This document shows positions 1 through 9,969 of a stretch of 64,000 nucleotides of DNA, piece after piece. Below the pieces are notes generated by a model. That model had not been told where the DNA came from. It ran no database searches and saw only the letters and a program-made list of their open reading frames with translations. This stretch comes from an uncultured Actinomycetota bacterium (GTDB lineage Bacteria > Actinomycetota > Actinomycetes > JACCUZ01): the NCBI GenBank assembly GCA_963794995.1, contig CAWCFV010000002.1, positions 1,332,215-1,396,214 on the forward strand. Direction: 5' to 3'. Position 1 is the stretch's first letter, and each line of letters opens with the position of its first letter. The position numbers and the translations under genes are program-made.

Positions 1-5
1 GCGGC

Positions 6-1412
6 CTAGCCCCGCCAGACCTTGGTGTGCAGCTGGCGGGCCGCCTCGGCGACCGAGCCGCTGATCGAGGGGTAGACCGTGAACGAGTGCGCGAGCTGGT
101 CGACCGTGAGGCGGCCGTCCACCGCGAGCGCGACCGGGTAGATCAGCTCGCTCGCACGCGGGGCCACGATGACCCCGCCGACGACGGTGCCCGACCCGGT
201 GCGGGCGAACAGCTTGACGAAGCCTTCGTGGACGCCCTGCATCTTGGCCCGCGGGTTGGTCGCCAGCGGCAGCTTGAGCGTCACCGTGGAGGTCGAGCCC
301 GCCTCCATGTCCTTCTCCAGCCAGCCGACGGTGGCGATCTCGGGGTCGGTGAAGACGTTCGACGAGACCGCCCGGATGTTCAGCGGGCTCACCGCGTCGC
401 CGAGCAGGTGGGCCATCGCGATCCGGCCCTGCATCGCGGCCACCGACGCGAGCATCAGGACGCCGGTGCAGTCCCCCGCGGCGTAGACGCCGGTCGCCGA
501 GGTGCGCGACACCCGGTCGACCTCGACGAAACCGGCGTCGGAGAGCCGGACGCCCGCCTCCTCCAGCCCGAGACCGTCGGTGTTCGGGATCGAGCCCACG
601 GCCATCAGGCAGTGGCTGCCCTCGACCGCGCTGCCGTCGGTGAGGGTCACGACCACCCCGTCGGCGGAGCGCGTCACCGCCTGGGCCCGGGACCGGCCGA
701 GCACGGTCATGCCACGGCGCCGGAACACGTCCTCGATCACGGTCGCCGCGTCGGCGTCCTCGCCGGGCAGCACCCGCTCGCGGCTGGACACCAGGGTCAC
801 CTGGCTGCCCAGCGCGGTGTACGCCGAGGCGAACTCGGCCCCGGTGACGCCCGAGCCCACGACGACCAGGTGCTCGGGGAGGCAGTCGATGTCGTAGACC
901 TGCTCCCAGGTGAGGATCCGCTCGCCGTCCGGGGCGGCCTCCGGCAGCACCCGGGGGTGCGCGCCGGTCGCGACCAGCACCGCGTCGACGTCCAGCGACT
1001 CCGCGGAGCCGTCCGGCAGGGTCGCGAGCAGCCGGCGCGGCCCGTCGAGCCGGCCGCGGCCCTGGACGACCCGCACCCCCTCGCGCCCCATCCGGGCCGC
1101 GATGTCGTCGGACTGCGCGTGGGCCAGCGCCTTGACCCGCTCGTTGACCCGGGCCATGTCGACGCCGACCTGCTCGCGCGTCCCGGGGTCGCCCCGGTCC
1201 CCGAGCCGGACCCCGAGCTCCCCCGACTCGGCGGCGTCGGTCATGACCTCGGCGGTCGCGATCAATGTCTTGGACGGGACCACGTCGGTGAGGACCGCGG
1301 ACCCGCCGAGCCCGTCGCTGTCGATGACGGTCACCTCGGCGCCGAGCTGGGCCGCGACCAGCGCCGCCTCGTAGCCGCCCGGTCCGCCGCCGATGATCCC
1401 CACGCGTGTCAC
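6..1412 (-). CDS. Flavoprotein pyridine-nucleotide-disulfide oxidoreductase (LpdA-like NAD(P)H-quinone/dihydrolipoamide dehydrogenase family)
   Basis: N-terminus (M)TRVGIIGGGPGGYEAALVAA is a Rossmann FAD GxGxxG motif and aligns with the start of mycobacterial LpdA (Rv3303c). Full-length ORF with high GC3. First ATG is at 1421, but GTG at 1412 has a GGGAGA box 8 nt upstream and matches homolog length. Confidence 0.85.
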   Translation of the reverse strand: MTRVGIIGGGPGGYEAALVAAQLGAEVTVIDSDGLGGSAVLTDVVPSKTLIATAEVMTDAAESGELGVRLGDRGDPGTREQVGVDMARVNERVKALAHAQSDDIAARMGREGVRVVQGRGRLDGPRRLLATLPDGSAESLDVDAVLVATGAHPRVLPEAAPDGERILTWEQVYDIDCLPEHLVVVGSGVTGAEFASAYTALGSQVTLVSSRERVLPGEDADAATVIEDVFRRRGMTVLGRSRAQAVTRSADGVVVTLTDGSAVEGSHCLMAVGSIPNTDGLGLEEAGVRLSDAGFVEVDRVSRTSATGVYAAGDCTGVLMLASVAAMQGRIAMAHLLGDAVSPLNIRAVSSNVFTDPEIATVGWLEKDMEAGSTSTVTLKLPLATNPRAKMQGVHEGFVKLFARTGSGTVVGGVIVAPRASELIYPVALAVDGRLTVDQLAHSFTVYPSISGSVAEAARQLHTKVWRG

Positions 1413-1475
1413 GGGGCGCATTCTCCCGCACGCCCTCCTCGGTCCCGCACGCCGCGCCCCCTACGCTGGGCGGCC

Positions 1476-1928
1476 ATGGCTCTCTACGCCGCCTACGGCA
1501 GCAACCTGGCCCCCGGCCAGATGCTCCTCCGGGCGCCGCACTCGCCCCTGCGCGGCACCGGCTGGCTCGAGGGCTGGCGGCTGACCTTCGGCGGCGAGGA
1601 CCAGGGCTGGGAGGGCCCGCTGGCCACCGTCGTGGAGGCGCCGGGGCAGCACGTGTTCGTCGCGCTGTACGACGTCACCGACGCCGACGCCCTGAACATG
1701 GACCGGTGGGAGGCGGCGGACCTGGCCCTGTTCACCAAGGTGCGGGTCCGGGTGCACACGCTGGACGGCGAGGTCCTCGCCTGGATGTACGTCCTGGCCG
1801 ACTACGAGGGCGGGGTGCCCTCCGCCCGCTACCTCGGGCTCATCGCGGACGCCGCGGAGGCCGCCGGCGCCCCCGACGACTACGTCGCCGAGCTGCGGGC
1901 CCGTCCCTGCCGCTCCGTCGGGCCCTGA
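1476..1928 (+). CDS. Gamma-glutamylcyclotransferase (AIG2/GGCT-like) family protein
   Basis: N-terminus MALYAAYGSNLAPGQM… carries the YGSN motif typical of GGCT/AIG2-like proteins. About 150 aa with high GC3, in the tail of a longer high-GC ORF. Confidence 0.7.
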   Translation: MALYAAYGSNLAPGQMLLRAPHSPLRGTGWLEGWRLTFGGEDQGWEGPLATVVEAPGQHVFVALYDVTDADALNMDRWEAADLALFTKVRVRVHTLDGEVLAWMYVLADYEGGVPSARYLGLIADAAEAAGAPDDYVAELRARPCRSVGP

Positions 1929-1953
1929 CACCCACCCCCGACCCCGCGCCGAG

Positions 1954-1977
1954 GTTGATCACGTCCACGTGATCAAC
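1954..1977. promoter_or_regulatory. Perfect 11-bp inverted repeat GTTGATCACGT-cc-ACGTGATCAAC (putative operator or bidirectional hairpin)
   Basis: Read directly from the sequence between the GGCT-like gene (stop 1928) and the 2085 ORF. Exact dyad symmetry with a 2-nt spacer and no downstream T-tract. A second 6-bp inverted repeat CCTGAC…GTCAGG (2062–2082) abuts the 2085 start. Confidence 0.45.
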
Positions 1978-2084
1978 CGCCGCCGGACGCGGCGTACTCA
2001 CCACAGCCGGGTCAGGTACGCCGCGTTCGGCGACCGACACCCGGAGTTCTCCAGTCCGAAACCTGACCTGCCGATAGTCAGGGC

Positions 2085-2402
2085 ATGTGGTTGCTGCGCG
2101 ACACCCGCCACCCCGGGGAGGACACCGTCCTCGCCGCGCTGCGCGCGTGCCCCCCGTCCCAGCTCGTCAGCCTGGTCCTGTCCGCGTCGAGCAGCCGCGG
2201 CCGGCCGTCGATCCTGGACGTCCTGCGTGCTGAAGCGGGCGCCCAGCACTGCCGCATCGCCCTCGCCGAGACCCGCGGGGTCGTCGTGCGCTGGGTCGAC
2301 GGCATCGTCAGCGGCTCGGTCGAGGACGTCCTCGCCTTCCTCGACGCCAGCCGCCCCGTGCTCGACCGCTGCCACGGCCGCGCCGAGCTCGCCGCCGCCT
2401 GA
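2085..2402 (+). CDS. Hypothetical protein (105 aa)
   Basis: ATG-initiated ORF with strongly G/C-biased third positions (coding-like). No recognisable motif. Confidence 0.5.
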   Translation: MWLLRDTRHPGEDTVLAALRACPPSQLVSLVLSASSSRGRPSILDVLRAEAGAQHCRIALAETRGVVVRWVDGIVSGSVEDVLAFLDASRPVLDRCHGRAELAAA

Positions 2403-2459
2403 GGGAGACCTCCCTGCCGGCCAGCGGTCCTGTCGGAGGGCGTCGCTAGCGTCGTCGCC

Positions 2460-3266
2460 ATGGCCGACTTCCACCAGCAGGACCTTGCCGGCTCCCGCTT
2501 CGAGCAGGTCCACCTGCAGCGTGCGACGTTCCACCAGGTCCACCTGAACGACTCCCGCTTCGACGACGTCGACCTCACCGGCGCGCAGCTGCGTGACGTC
2601 TTCTTCAAGGACGTGGTCATGCGCGGCGTCGCGTTCGCCGGCGTGCGGATCGACGGTGAGGTCGAGGACCTCACGATCAACGGCGTGGACGTCGGCCCGC
2701 TGGTCCAGGCCGAGCTGGAGCGTCGCGAGCCCGACCTGGCGAGGATGCGGCCCACCGACCCGGACGGGTTCCGCGAGGCGTGGCGCACCCTCGAGCGCCT
2801 GTGGGCCACCGCCGTCGAGCGCGCGCGGCAGCTCCCCGAGGCCGCGCTGCACGAGTCCGTCGACGGCGAGTGGTCGTTCGTCGAGACGCTGCGGCACCTC
2901 GCGTTCGCGACCGAGTGCTGGCTGCACCGGGCGATCCTCGGCGACCCGAGCCCGTGGGCGCCGCTGTCGCTGCCGTGGGACCAGATGCCCGACACCGAGG
3001 GCGTGCCGCGCGACCGCTCGGCGCGGCCGTCGCTCGACGAGGCCCTCGCGCTGCGGCTCGACCGGCAGGCGGCGGTCCGGACCTACCTCGACTCGCTCGA
3101 CGAGCAGACCCTCGCCTCCGACACCGTCGCGGTCGAGGCCCCGGGCTGGCCGGAGCCCCGCAGCTACCCGGTCCGCCGGTGCCTGCTCACGCTGCTCAAC
3201 GAGGAGTGGTGGCACCGCCAGTTCGCGCTGCGTGACCTGGCGGTGCTGGAGGCCCGGCACGCCTGA
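2460..3266 (+). CDS. Pentapeptide-repeat / DinB_2 (DinB/YfiT-like, mycothiol-dependent-isomerase-N-terminal-like) fusion protein
   Basis: The N-terminal ~70 aa consist of A(D/N)LxX-type pentapeptide repeats ([40 protein letters not shown]). The C-terminal part has a DinB_2-like helical bundle signature ([15 protein letters not shown]…W…H). Confidence 0.65.
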   Translation: MADFHQQDLAGSRFEQVHLQRATFHQVHLNDSRFDDVDLTGAQLRDVFFKDVVMRGVAFAGVRIDGEVEDLTINGVDVGPLVQAELERREPDLARMRPTDPDGFREAWRTLERLWATAVERARQLPEAALHESVDGEWSFVETLRHLAFATECWLHRAILGDPSPWAPLSLPWDQMPDTEGVPRDRSARPSLDEALALRLDRQAAVRTYLDSLDEQTLASDTVAVEAPGWPEPRSYPVRRCLLTLLNEEWWHRQFALRDLAVLEARHA

Positions 3267-3333
3267 GGCGCGAGGCGTCGAGCGGGTACGGCTCGCGGCC
3301 CGACCCCGTCGGCCCCGCGCTAGGGTCGCGGCC

Positions 3334-4140
3334 GTGACAGACGCGACGACGGACCCGTACGCCCTCGCCCGCGAGGCGGCCGACCGGCTGCGCGAGGTCA
3401 CCGGTGCCGACACCCACGAGGTGGCCCTGGTGATGGGCTCCGGCTGGGTCCCGGCGGCCGAGATGCTGGGCGAGACCGCCACCGAGGCGCCGGTGACCGA
3501 GCTGCCCGGCTTCCACGCCGCCGCGGTCGCCGGGCACGCGGGGACGTTCCGCTCGGTGGTCGTGGGCGAGAAGCGCGCCCTGGTCCTGCTCGGCCGCACC
3601 CATCTCTACGAGGGCCGCGGCGTGGCCTCGGTCGTCCATGGCGTGCGCACCGCCGTGGCCGCGGGCGCCCGCGTCGTCGTGCTGACCAACGGCTGCGGCG
3701 GGCTGCGGCCGACGTACTCCCCCGGCCAGCCGGTCCTGATCAGCGACCACCTCAACCTCACGGCGACCTCGCCGATCGTCGGGGCGCACTTCGTGGACCT
3801 CACCGACCTCTACTCCCCGCGGCTGCGTCAGCTCTGCCGGGCGGTGGACCCCTCGCTGGAGGAGGGCGTCTACGTCCAGCTGCCCGGGCCGCACTACGAG
3901 ACGCCTGCCGAGATCGGCATGGTCCGCGCCCTCGGCGGCGACCTCGTCGGGATGTCGACCACGCTCGAGGCGATCGCCGTCCGCGAGGCCGGCGCCGAGG
4001 TGCTCGGCCTCTCGCTGGTCACCAACCTCGCGGCCGGCATGACCGGCGAGCCGCTGAACCACGAGGAGGTCCTCGAGGCCGGGCGCGCGGCTGCCACCCG
4101 GATGGGCGGGCTGCTCTCGCAGGTGGTCTCCCAGCTGTGA
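3334..4140 (+). CDS. punA: Purine nucleoside phosphorylase (PNP, trimeric PunA/DeoD-type)
   Basis: GTG start; 268 aa. Family motifs include [19 protein letters not shown] and [15 protein letters not shown]. Translationally coupled (GTGA) to the downstream mutase. Confidence 0.9.
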   Translation: MTDATTDPYALAREAADRLREVTGADTHEVALVMGSGWVPAAEMLGETATEAPVTELPGFHAAAVAGHAGTFRSVVVGEKRALVLLGRTHLYEGRGVASVVHGVRTAVAAGARVVVLTNGCGGLRPTYSPGQPVLISDHLNLTATSPIVGAHFVDLTDLYSPRLRQLCRAVDPSLEEGVYVQLPGPHYETPAEIGMVRALGGDLVGMSTTLEAIAVREAGAEVLGLSLVTNLAAGMTGEPLNHEEVLEAGRAAATRMGGLLSQVVSQL

Positions 4141-5828
4141 GCCGGACCGACGGCAAGGGCCAGGGCCACGAGCACCGCAGGAGCGCCGAGACCGTCGGCG
4201 CCGTCAGCGTGGCGCAGGCCTGGCTCGCCGAGGACCCCGACCCCGAGACCCGCGCCGAGCTGCAGCAGGTGCTCGAGGCCGGCGACATGGCGGGGCTCGC
4301 CGACCGCTTCGGCGCCCGCCTGGAGTTCGGTACGGCCGGGCTGCGCGGCGCCCTGGGCGCAGGCCCCAACCGGATGAACCGGGTCGTCGTCATCCGCGCC
4401 GCCGCCGGGCTCGCGGCCCACTCGCGGGGGCACGGCGGGACCTCGGTCGTCGTCGGCTACGACGCCCGGCACAAGTCCGACGTCTTCGCCCGCGACACCG
4501 CGCAGGTCATGGCCGGGGCCGGGCTGCGCGCCTCGGTGCTGCCTCGCCCGCTGCCCACGCCGGTGCTCGCCTACGCCATCCGGCACCTGGGCGCCGACGC
4601 CGGCGTGATGGTCACTGCGTCGCACAACCCGCCGCAGGACAACGGCTACAAGGTCTACCTGGGCGACGGGTCGCAGATCGTCCCGCCGGCGGACGCCGAG
4701 ATCTCGGCCGCGATCGAGGCCGTCGGCCCGCTCGCCGGCATCCCACGCAGCGACGACTGGGACGTCCTCGGCGAGGAGGTGCTGGACGCCTACCTCGCGC
4801 GGGTGGTCTCGCTGGTCGCCCCCGACTCGTCGCGGGACCTGCGCATCGTCTACACGCCGCTGCACGGTGTCGGCCGCGACGTCGTGCTCGCCGCGTTCGA
4901 GCGCGCCGGCTTCCCGGCGCCGACGGTGGTGCGCGAGCAGGGCGACCCCGACCCCGAGTTCCGGACCGTGGCGTTCCCCAACCCCGAGGAGCCGGGAGCG
5001 ATCGACCTGGCCGTGGCCGCGGCGGTCGCGCACGGCGCCGACCTGGTCCTGGCCAACGACCCCGACGCCGACCGGTGCGCGGTCGCGGTGCCCGACCCGT
5101 CCGCCGACGGCGGCTGGCGGATGCTGCGCGGCGACGAGGTGGGCGCCCTGCTCGGCGCGCACCTGGTGGCCCGGGACCCGTCGATCACCGGGACCTTCGC
5201 CGCGTCCATCGTGTCGTCGTCGCTGCTCGGCCGGATCGCGGCGGCCCACGGCCTGGACTACCGGGAGACGCTCACCGGCTTCAAGTGGATCTCCCGGGTC
5301 GACGGCCTGCGCTACGGCTACGAGGAGGCGCTGGGCTACTGCGTGGACCCGGACGGGGTGCGCGACAAGGACGGCGTCTCGGCAGCGCTGCTCGTCGCCG
5401 AGCTGGCGGCCACGCTCAAGGTCGAGGGCCGCAGCCTGCTCGACCTGCTCGACGACCTCGCCGTCGAGCACGGGCTGCACGCGACCGACCAGCTCGCGGT
5501 CCGGGTCGAGGACGTGTCGCTGATCGAGGACGCGATGGCCCGGCTGCGCACGACGCCCCCGACGACCCTCGGCGGTCGCGACGTCGAGCGCGCGGACGAC
5601 CTCGCCGAGGGCTCCGAGGCGCTGCCGCCCACCGACGGGCTGCGCTACGTCCTCGCCGACGGCGGACGCGTGGTCGTGCGGCCCTCGGGCACCGAGCCCA
5701 AGCTCAAGGCCTACCTGGAGGTCGTGGTCCCCGTCGGCGGCGGCGACGTCGCTGCCGCCCGACGCACGGCCACGGACGCACTCGCGGGCATCAAGGCGGA
5801 CGTGGGCACGGCGCTCGGCCTGGGCTGA
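4137..5828 (+). CDS. Phosphosugar mutase (alpha-D-phosphohexomutase family; PmmB-like, likely phosphopentomutase role in nucleoside catabolism)
   Basis: Active-site loop [15 protein letters not shown] (phosphoserine loop) plus sugar-binding loops. Same position as Rv3308 pmmB next to the PNP gene. Confidence 0.85.
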   Translation: MSRTDGKGQGHEHRRSAETVGAVSVAQAWLAEDPDPETRAELQQVLEAGDMAGLADRFGARLEFGTAGLRGALGAGPNRMNRVVVIRAAAGLAAHSRGHGGTSVVVGYDARHKSDVFARDTAQVMAGAGLRASVLPRPLPTPVLAYAIRHLGADAGVMVTASHNPPQDNGYKVYLGDGSQIVPPADAEISAAIEAVGPLAGIPRSDDWDVLGEEVLDAYLARVVSLVAPDSSRDLRIVYTPLHGVGRDVVLAAFERAGFPAPTVVREQGDPDPEFRTVAFPNPEEPGAIDLAVAAAVAHGADLVLANDPDADRCAVAVPDPSADGGWRMLRGDEVGALLGAHLVARDPSITGTFAASIVSSSLLGRIAAAHGLDYRETLTGFKWISRVDGLRYGYEEALGYCVDPDGVRDKDGVSAALLVAELAATLKVEGRSLLDLLDDLAVEHGLHATDQLAVRVEDVSLIEDAMARLRTTPPTTLGGRDVERADDLAEGSEALPPTDGLRYVLADGGRVVVRPSGTEPKLKAYLEVVVPVGGGDVAAARRTATDALAGIKADVGTALGLG

Positions 5829-5849
5829 GACCCGGCGCCGGGCTCAGCC
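5823..5849. terminator. Bidirectional GC hairpin between convergent genes (pmm-like mutase vs cyclase-STAND gene)
   Basis: GGCTGAG(A)CCCGGC|GCCGGGCTCAGCC is a near-perfect dyad. Each arm contains the stop codon of one of the convergent genes (TGA at 5826–5828 and TCA at 5844–5846). Confidence 0.5.
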
Positions 5850-8800
5850 GCCCGACACCAGCTCGGCGGCCGACTCGGGGCGGCGGCCGGCCGGCAGCGA
5901 GATGTGGCGGGCGGGGAGCGGCACCTCGGGGACCGACCGGACGCCGAGCCCCCCCAGGAGGGTGCCGGCCGAGAGCTCCAGGGCGGCCGCGGTGCCGCTG
6001 CCTGCTGTCCGCTCGACCCGGGCCCACTCGTGCAGGGTGACCGCGAGCTCGAAGTCGGCGCTGGCTGCGGTGGCCCGGCCACGGCTGGACAGCAGCATCG
6101 CCAGCCCGGCATCGCGGTCGCCGACCTGGACCAGGGCCAGCCCGTGCAGCCGGTCGAGCATCGCCAGGACGACCGGTATCCCGCCGAGGGCCTCGGCGCG
6201 GGCGGTCGCCTCCCGGACCACGGGCAGGGCCGCCTCACCGTCGCCGCGGAAGACCAGCTTCTCGGCCTCCCGGCCGTCCAGCTCGACGAGGAAGGCGTCG
6301 GCGCCGATCCGCGCGAAGTGGCGCCGCGCCTCGGCGTAGAGCTCGTTCGCGTCTGCGAAGCGACCGGCCCGGGAGGCGACCCGGCCGAGGTTGCTCAGGC
6401 ACAGCGCGAGCCCCACCGGGAAGCGCACCGACCGCCACAGGGCCAGCGCCTCGCGGAAGACCGCCTCGGCCTCGTCCAGCCGGCCCTGGTCGGAGAGGAT
6501 CTCGCCGATGTTGTTCAGCGCGGTGCCGTCCATGGTCACGTTGCCGGAGCGGCGGCAGACCTCGCGGCTGCGCTCGAGGTAGGACCGGGCCAGGTCCCAG
6601 CGCCCCTCGTAGTAGGCGTCGATCCCCAGGTTGTTCAGGACCGTCGCCTGCCCGACGAGGTCCTCCAGCCGCTCGTAGATCGGCAGCGCCTTCTCGCGGT
6701 ACTCGGTGGCCTCGGGGCGGCCGAGGTCGGTGAGCGCCCAGTCGAGCAGGTAGTAGGCGTGGGCGAGGGTCGGCTCGTCCCGCAGCCGCTCGGCCTCGGC
6801 GGCCGCCCGGTGCAGGTAGGGCAGGCTCGCGGCGTACTTGCCCTGCCGGGCCCGGGCCGCGCCGTAGGACATGGTGAGCTGGGCGTGCAGGGCGGCCGCC
6901 GCGGTGGCCTCGTCCCCCCCGGCCGCGGCCTCGTCGAGCACCTTCAGGGCGCGGGTGTACCAGGACAGCGCGCTGCTGTAGCGGCCGGACCGCTCCCGCA
7001 GCCACCCCTCCTTCTTCAGCAGGCCCACCCGCCGCAGCCGGTCGTGCCCGACCGCGCGGCGGGCGGCGGCGAACGCCCGGCCGGCGTCGTCGTAGCGGCC
7101 GTCCAGCTCGAGCACGTCGCCGAGGGCCTCGCCCAGGTCGGCACGGTCCTCCGGGGGGACGTCGGGCAGGTGCCCGGCCGCGTCCAGGGCCCACCGGTAG
7201 AACCGGGCCGCCTCGACCGGAGCAGCGCTGCGCCGGGCCCGCTCACCGGCCACCCGGGCGTGCTGCCAGGCCTCGGCGTGCCGCTCGGCGAAGCGGTAGT
7301 GCAGGGCCAGCAGGTCGACCAGCGACTCGTGGTCGGCCAGCTGCGCGGCGAGCGCGTCGCCGGCCCGGCCGTGCAGGCTGCGGCGGCGCCGGAAGGGCAG
7401 GCCCTCGTACGCGACGTCGCGGACCAGCCCGTGGAGGAAGCGCATGCTGCCCGGGCCGTCCGGGGCGAGGAACCGGCCGATCCCGACGAGCCGCCGCGAG
7501 ACCTCCGCCTCCGGCTGGTCGAGCATCGCGCTCAGCGTGTCCACCTCGAAGCGCGCGCCGAGGACCGCGGCGACCCGCAGCAGCTCACGGTCGGCGCGCT
7601 CGAGCTGGTCGACGGTGGCGCCGATGACCTCCTCGAGCGTGTCCGGGAGGACGCCGAGGTCGGTGCCGTCGCTGCCGGTCGCGACGGCGTCGAGCAGCTC
7701 GCGCAGGAACAGCGGGTTACCGGCCGCCCGCGCCGCGAGCACCGAGCGGGCGCTGGGCACCAGCGGCCGCTCGTCGGCCACCGCGCGCAGCAGCCGGGCG
7801 CTCTCCTCGTCGGAGAGCGGCTCGAGCGCGAGCTCGACCGGCTCGAGGCTCTCGTCCGGGCGCCACCCCCCGTCGCCGGGACGCCGGGAGACGCAGACCA
7901 GCCACGGCCGCCCGGCCGCCAGGGCCGAGACGTGGCCGAGCAGGTCGCCGGTGGCGTCGTCCAGCCAGTGGGCGTCGTCGACGAGCAGCACGGTCGGGCC
8001 GGTCAGCACCCGGCCCAGGAGACGCGCCGCCTGCTGGTGGCGCACCGTGGCCCGGAACTCGGCCCCGAGAGCGGCCACCTCCGGTGTGTCCGGCAGGTCC
8101 ACGCCCAGGATCGTCCCGAGCAGCGGCAGCCACGGCAGGACGTCGGGCTCCACCCGCTCGACGGCCGCGCGCAGCCGGGCGGCCACGGTGGCGTCGTCGT
8201 CGCCCGGGGTGGCGCCCACCAGAGCGCGCAGCGGGGCGCGGACGGCGAAGTACGGCGTCGCCGCGGCGTAGCGCCCGCCCTCGACCTCGAGGACCTCGAC
8301 CCCCTCGGCCGCCCGCAGCAGCTCGCCGACCAGCCGCGACTTGCCGATGCCCGCCTCGCCGGAGAGCACGACCACGCTGCCGCGGCCGTCCCGGGCGCCG
8401 GCCAGCGCTGAGTCGAGCACGGCCCGCTCGCGGTCGCGGCCGACGAACGGCAGGTCGTGGGCGTCGAGGTCCCGTCGACCGGTCGGCCGCCCGACGGCCC
8501 CGGCGACCACCGGGAGCGACTTGCCCTTGACGTGGAAGGGGTCCCGCAGCGCGACCTCGAACCGGCCGCCGACATGGTCGAGCAGGGCCTTGGTCGCGAG
8601 CACCTGGCCGACCTCGGCCTTGCCCATCACCCGGGCGGAGAGGTTGGTCGCGTCGCCCATGACGGCGTACGTGCGGCGCTCGTCGGTGCCCACGTCGACG
8701 GCGAAGGCCCGGCCGCGGCTGGCGCCGGCGCGGACCGCGAGCAGGTCGTGGCCCTCGACGGCGGCACGCAGGGTCAGGAGCATCCGCTCCTCGTCGCCCT

Positions 8801-9749
8801 CGCCCACCCGGGGAGCACCGGCGACGAACAGGATCTTGCCGCCGTCGACGTCGACGTCGGTGGCGAGGAAGGTGACGTCGTGCGCGACGCAGGCGCGCTG
8901 CGCGGCGACGACGACCTTCTCCATCTCGGTGGCGACGGCGTCCAGACCGGCGGCGGCCAGCAGCCGGTCGGTGCCGCGCACCTGGAGGAAGGCCAGGCTG
9001 GCCACCCGGTGCTCGCCGTCCTCGCGACCGGCACTGAGGTGCCGTCGCAGCATCGGCGGGACGCCGTCGGGCGCGCACTGCTGAGGCACCGCGGCCGGCG
9101 TGAGCGGGGGGACCTGCGGCGCCCGCACGAGCAGCCGGGCCCCGTCGTCGTCCGGGCCCAGCAGGCCGGCAGGAAGGGCCGCGGCGGCCGTGGGGCCGAC
9201 CAGGACCTGGCCGCCCACCGCCCGGTTCTCCAGGCCGACGGTGGCCGAGACGACCGGCCCCACGGCGAACAGCTCGCGGTGCGTCTCCCCCAGCAGCAGC
9301 AGGTGCACGGGGCCGGACTCGACCCCGATCGACATCGTCAGGCTGACCCAGCCACCACCGGTGCGGAATCGCCGGAACGGGCGGAGGGCGTCGAGCAGCC
9401 CGGCCGCACCGGCCGCGGCCCGCTGCTCGTGACCCTGGCCGGTGAACAGCAGGAGCAGCGCGTCGCCGCCGAACTTCACCAGGTCGCCGCCGTGGGCGAA
9501 GGCGACCCGGAGCAGCCGGCCGAACACGTCGTTGAGGACGTCGGTGAGCTCCTCGGCCCCGACCTTGCCCTGGCGAGCCAGCTTCTCGGTGAGCGGCGTG
9601 AACCCGGAGACGTCGGCGAAGACGATCGTCGCGTCGAGGGTGCGGCTGCGGGCCTGCGGCTCCGAGGCCAGCCACTCCAGGGCGACACGCGCGACGTAGG
9701 GCGCCAGGGGGTCCACGGACTCCGGACCCGCCACCTGCACCTGTCTCAC
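5844..9749 (-). CDS. Signal-transduction protein with tandem class-III adenylate/guanylate cyclase (CHD) domains, STAND/AAA ATPase and C-terminal TPR repeats; no HTH
   Basis: 1301-aa uninterrupted ORF. The first CHD has metal-binding motifs (FADVSGFT…FGGDALL). The second CHD is degenerate (FLQVRG…). Walker A is VVVLSGEAGIGKSRLV and Walker B is LLVDDAHWLD. The C-terminal ~450 aa are TPR-like helical repeats (YYLLDWALTDLGRPEEA…). Related to mycobacterial cyclase-ATPase regulators (Rv0386 type) but lacks a LuxR HTH. Confidence 0.85.
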   Translation of the reverse strand: MRQVQVAGPESVDPLAPYVARVALEWLASEPQARSRTLDATIVFADVSGFTPLTEKLARQGKVGAEELTDVLNDVFGRLLRVAFAHGGDLVKFGGDALLLLFTGQGHEQRAAAGAAGLLDALRPFRRFRTGGGWVSLTMSIGVESGPVHLLLLGETHRELFAVGPVVSATVGLENRAVGGQVLVGPTAAAALPAGLLGPDDDGARLLVRAPQVPPLTPAAVPQQCAPDGVPPMLRRHLSAGREDGEHRVASLAFLQVRGTDRLLAAAGLDAVATEMEKVVVAAQRACVAHDVTFLATDVDVDGGKILFVAGAPRVGEGDEERMLLTLRAAVEGHDLLAVRAGASRGRAFAVDVGTDERRTYAVMGDATNLSARVMGKAEVGQVLATKALLDHVGGRFEVALRDPFHVKGKSLPVVAGAVGRPTGRRDLDAHDLPFVGRDRERAVLDSALAGARDGRGSVVVLSGEAGIGKSRLVGELLRAAEGVEVLEVEGGRYAAATPYFAVRAPLRALVGATPGDDDATVAARLRAAVERVEPDVLPWLPLLGTILGVDLPDTPEVAALGAEFRATVRHQQAARLLGRVLTGPTVLLVDDAHWLDDATGDLLGHVSALAAGRPWLVCVSRRPGDGGWRPDESLEPVELALEPLSDEESARLLRAVADERPLVPSARSVLAARAAGNPLFLRELLDAVATGSDGTDLGVLPDTLEEVIGATVDQLERADRELLRVAAVLGARFEVDTLSAMLDQPEAEVSRRLVGIGRFLAPDGPGSMRFLHGLVRDVAYEGLPFRRRRSLHGRAGDALAAQLADHESLVDLLALHYRFAERHAEAWQHARVAGERARRSAAPVEAARFYRWALDAAGHLPDVPPEDRADLGEALGDVLELDGRYDDAGRAFAAARRAVGHDRLRRVGLLKKEGWLRERSGRYSSALSWYTRALKVLDEAAAGGDEATAAAALHAQLTMSYGAARARQGKYAASLPYLHRAAAEAERLRDEPTLAHAYYLLDWALTDLGRPEATEYREKALPIYERLEDLVGQATVLNNLGIDAYYEGRWDLARSYLERSREVCRRSGNVTMDGTALNNIGEILSDQGRLDEAEAVFREALALWRSVRFPVGLALCLSNLGRVASRAGRFADANELYAEARRHFARIGADAFLVELDGREAEKLVFRGDGEAALPVVREATARAEALGGIPVVLAMLDRLHGLALVQVGDRDAGLAMLLSSRGRATAASADFELAVTLHEWARVERTAGSGTAAALELSAGTLLGGLGVRSVPEVPLPARHISLPAGRRPESAAELVSGG

Positions 9750-9969
9750 CGGCCACGTCCCCTCGTGCGGGAACCCAGTGTGGCCGCTCGGTCCGGCCCG
9801 CGTCGACCACTTCGGCCCAGGTGGGGCGGATATGCCCCGATGAGGGCAGTCAGATCACCGTCCGGGCGGAGACATATGGCCCGAACGGGTGGTGGCGGAT
9901 AGACCGGGACGGGAGGACGCTCGACGCCGGACGGACCTTGGGGGTCGGGGTCTACAAAGGGGACGACGG

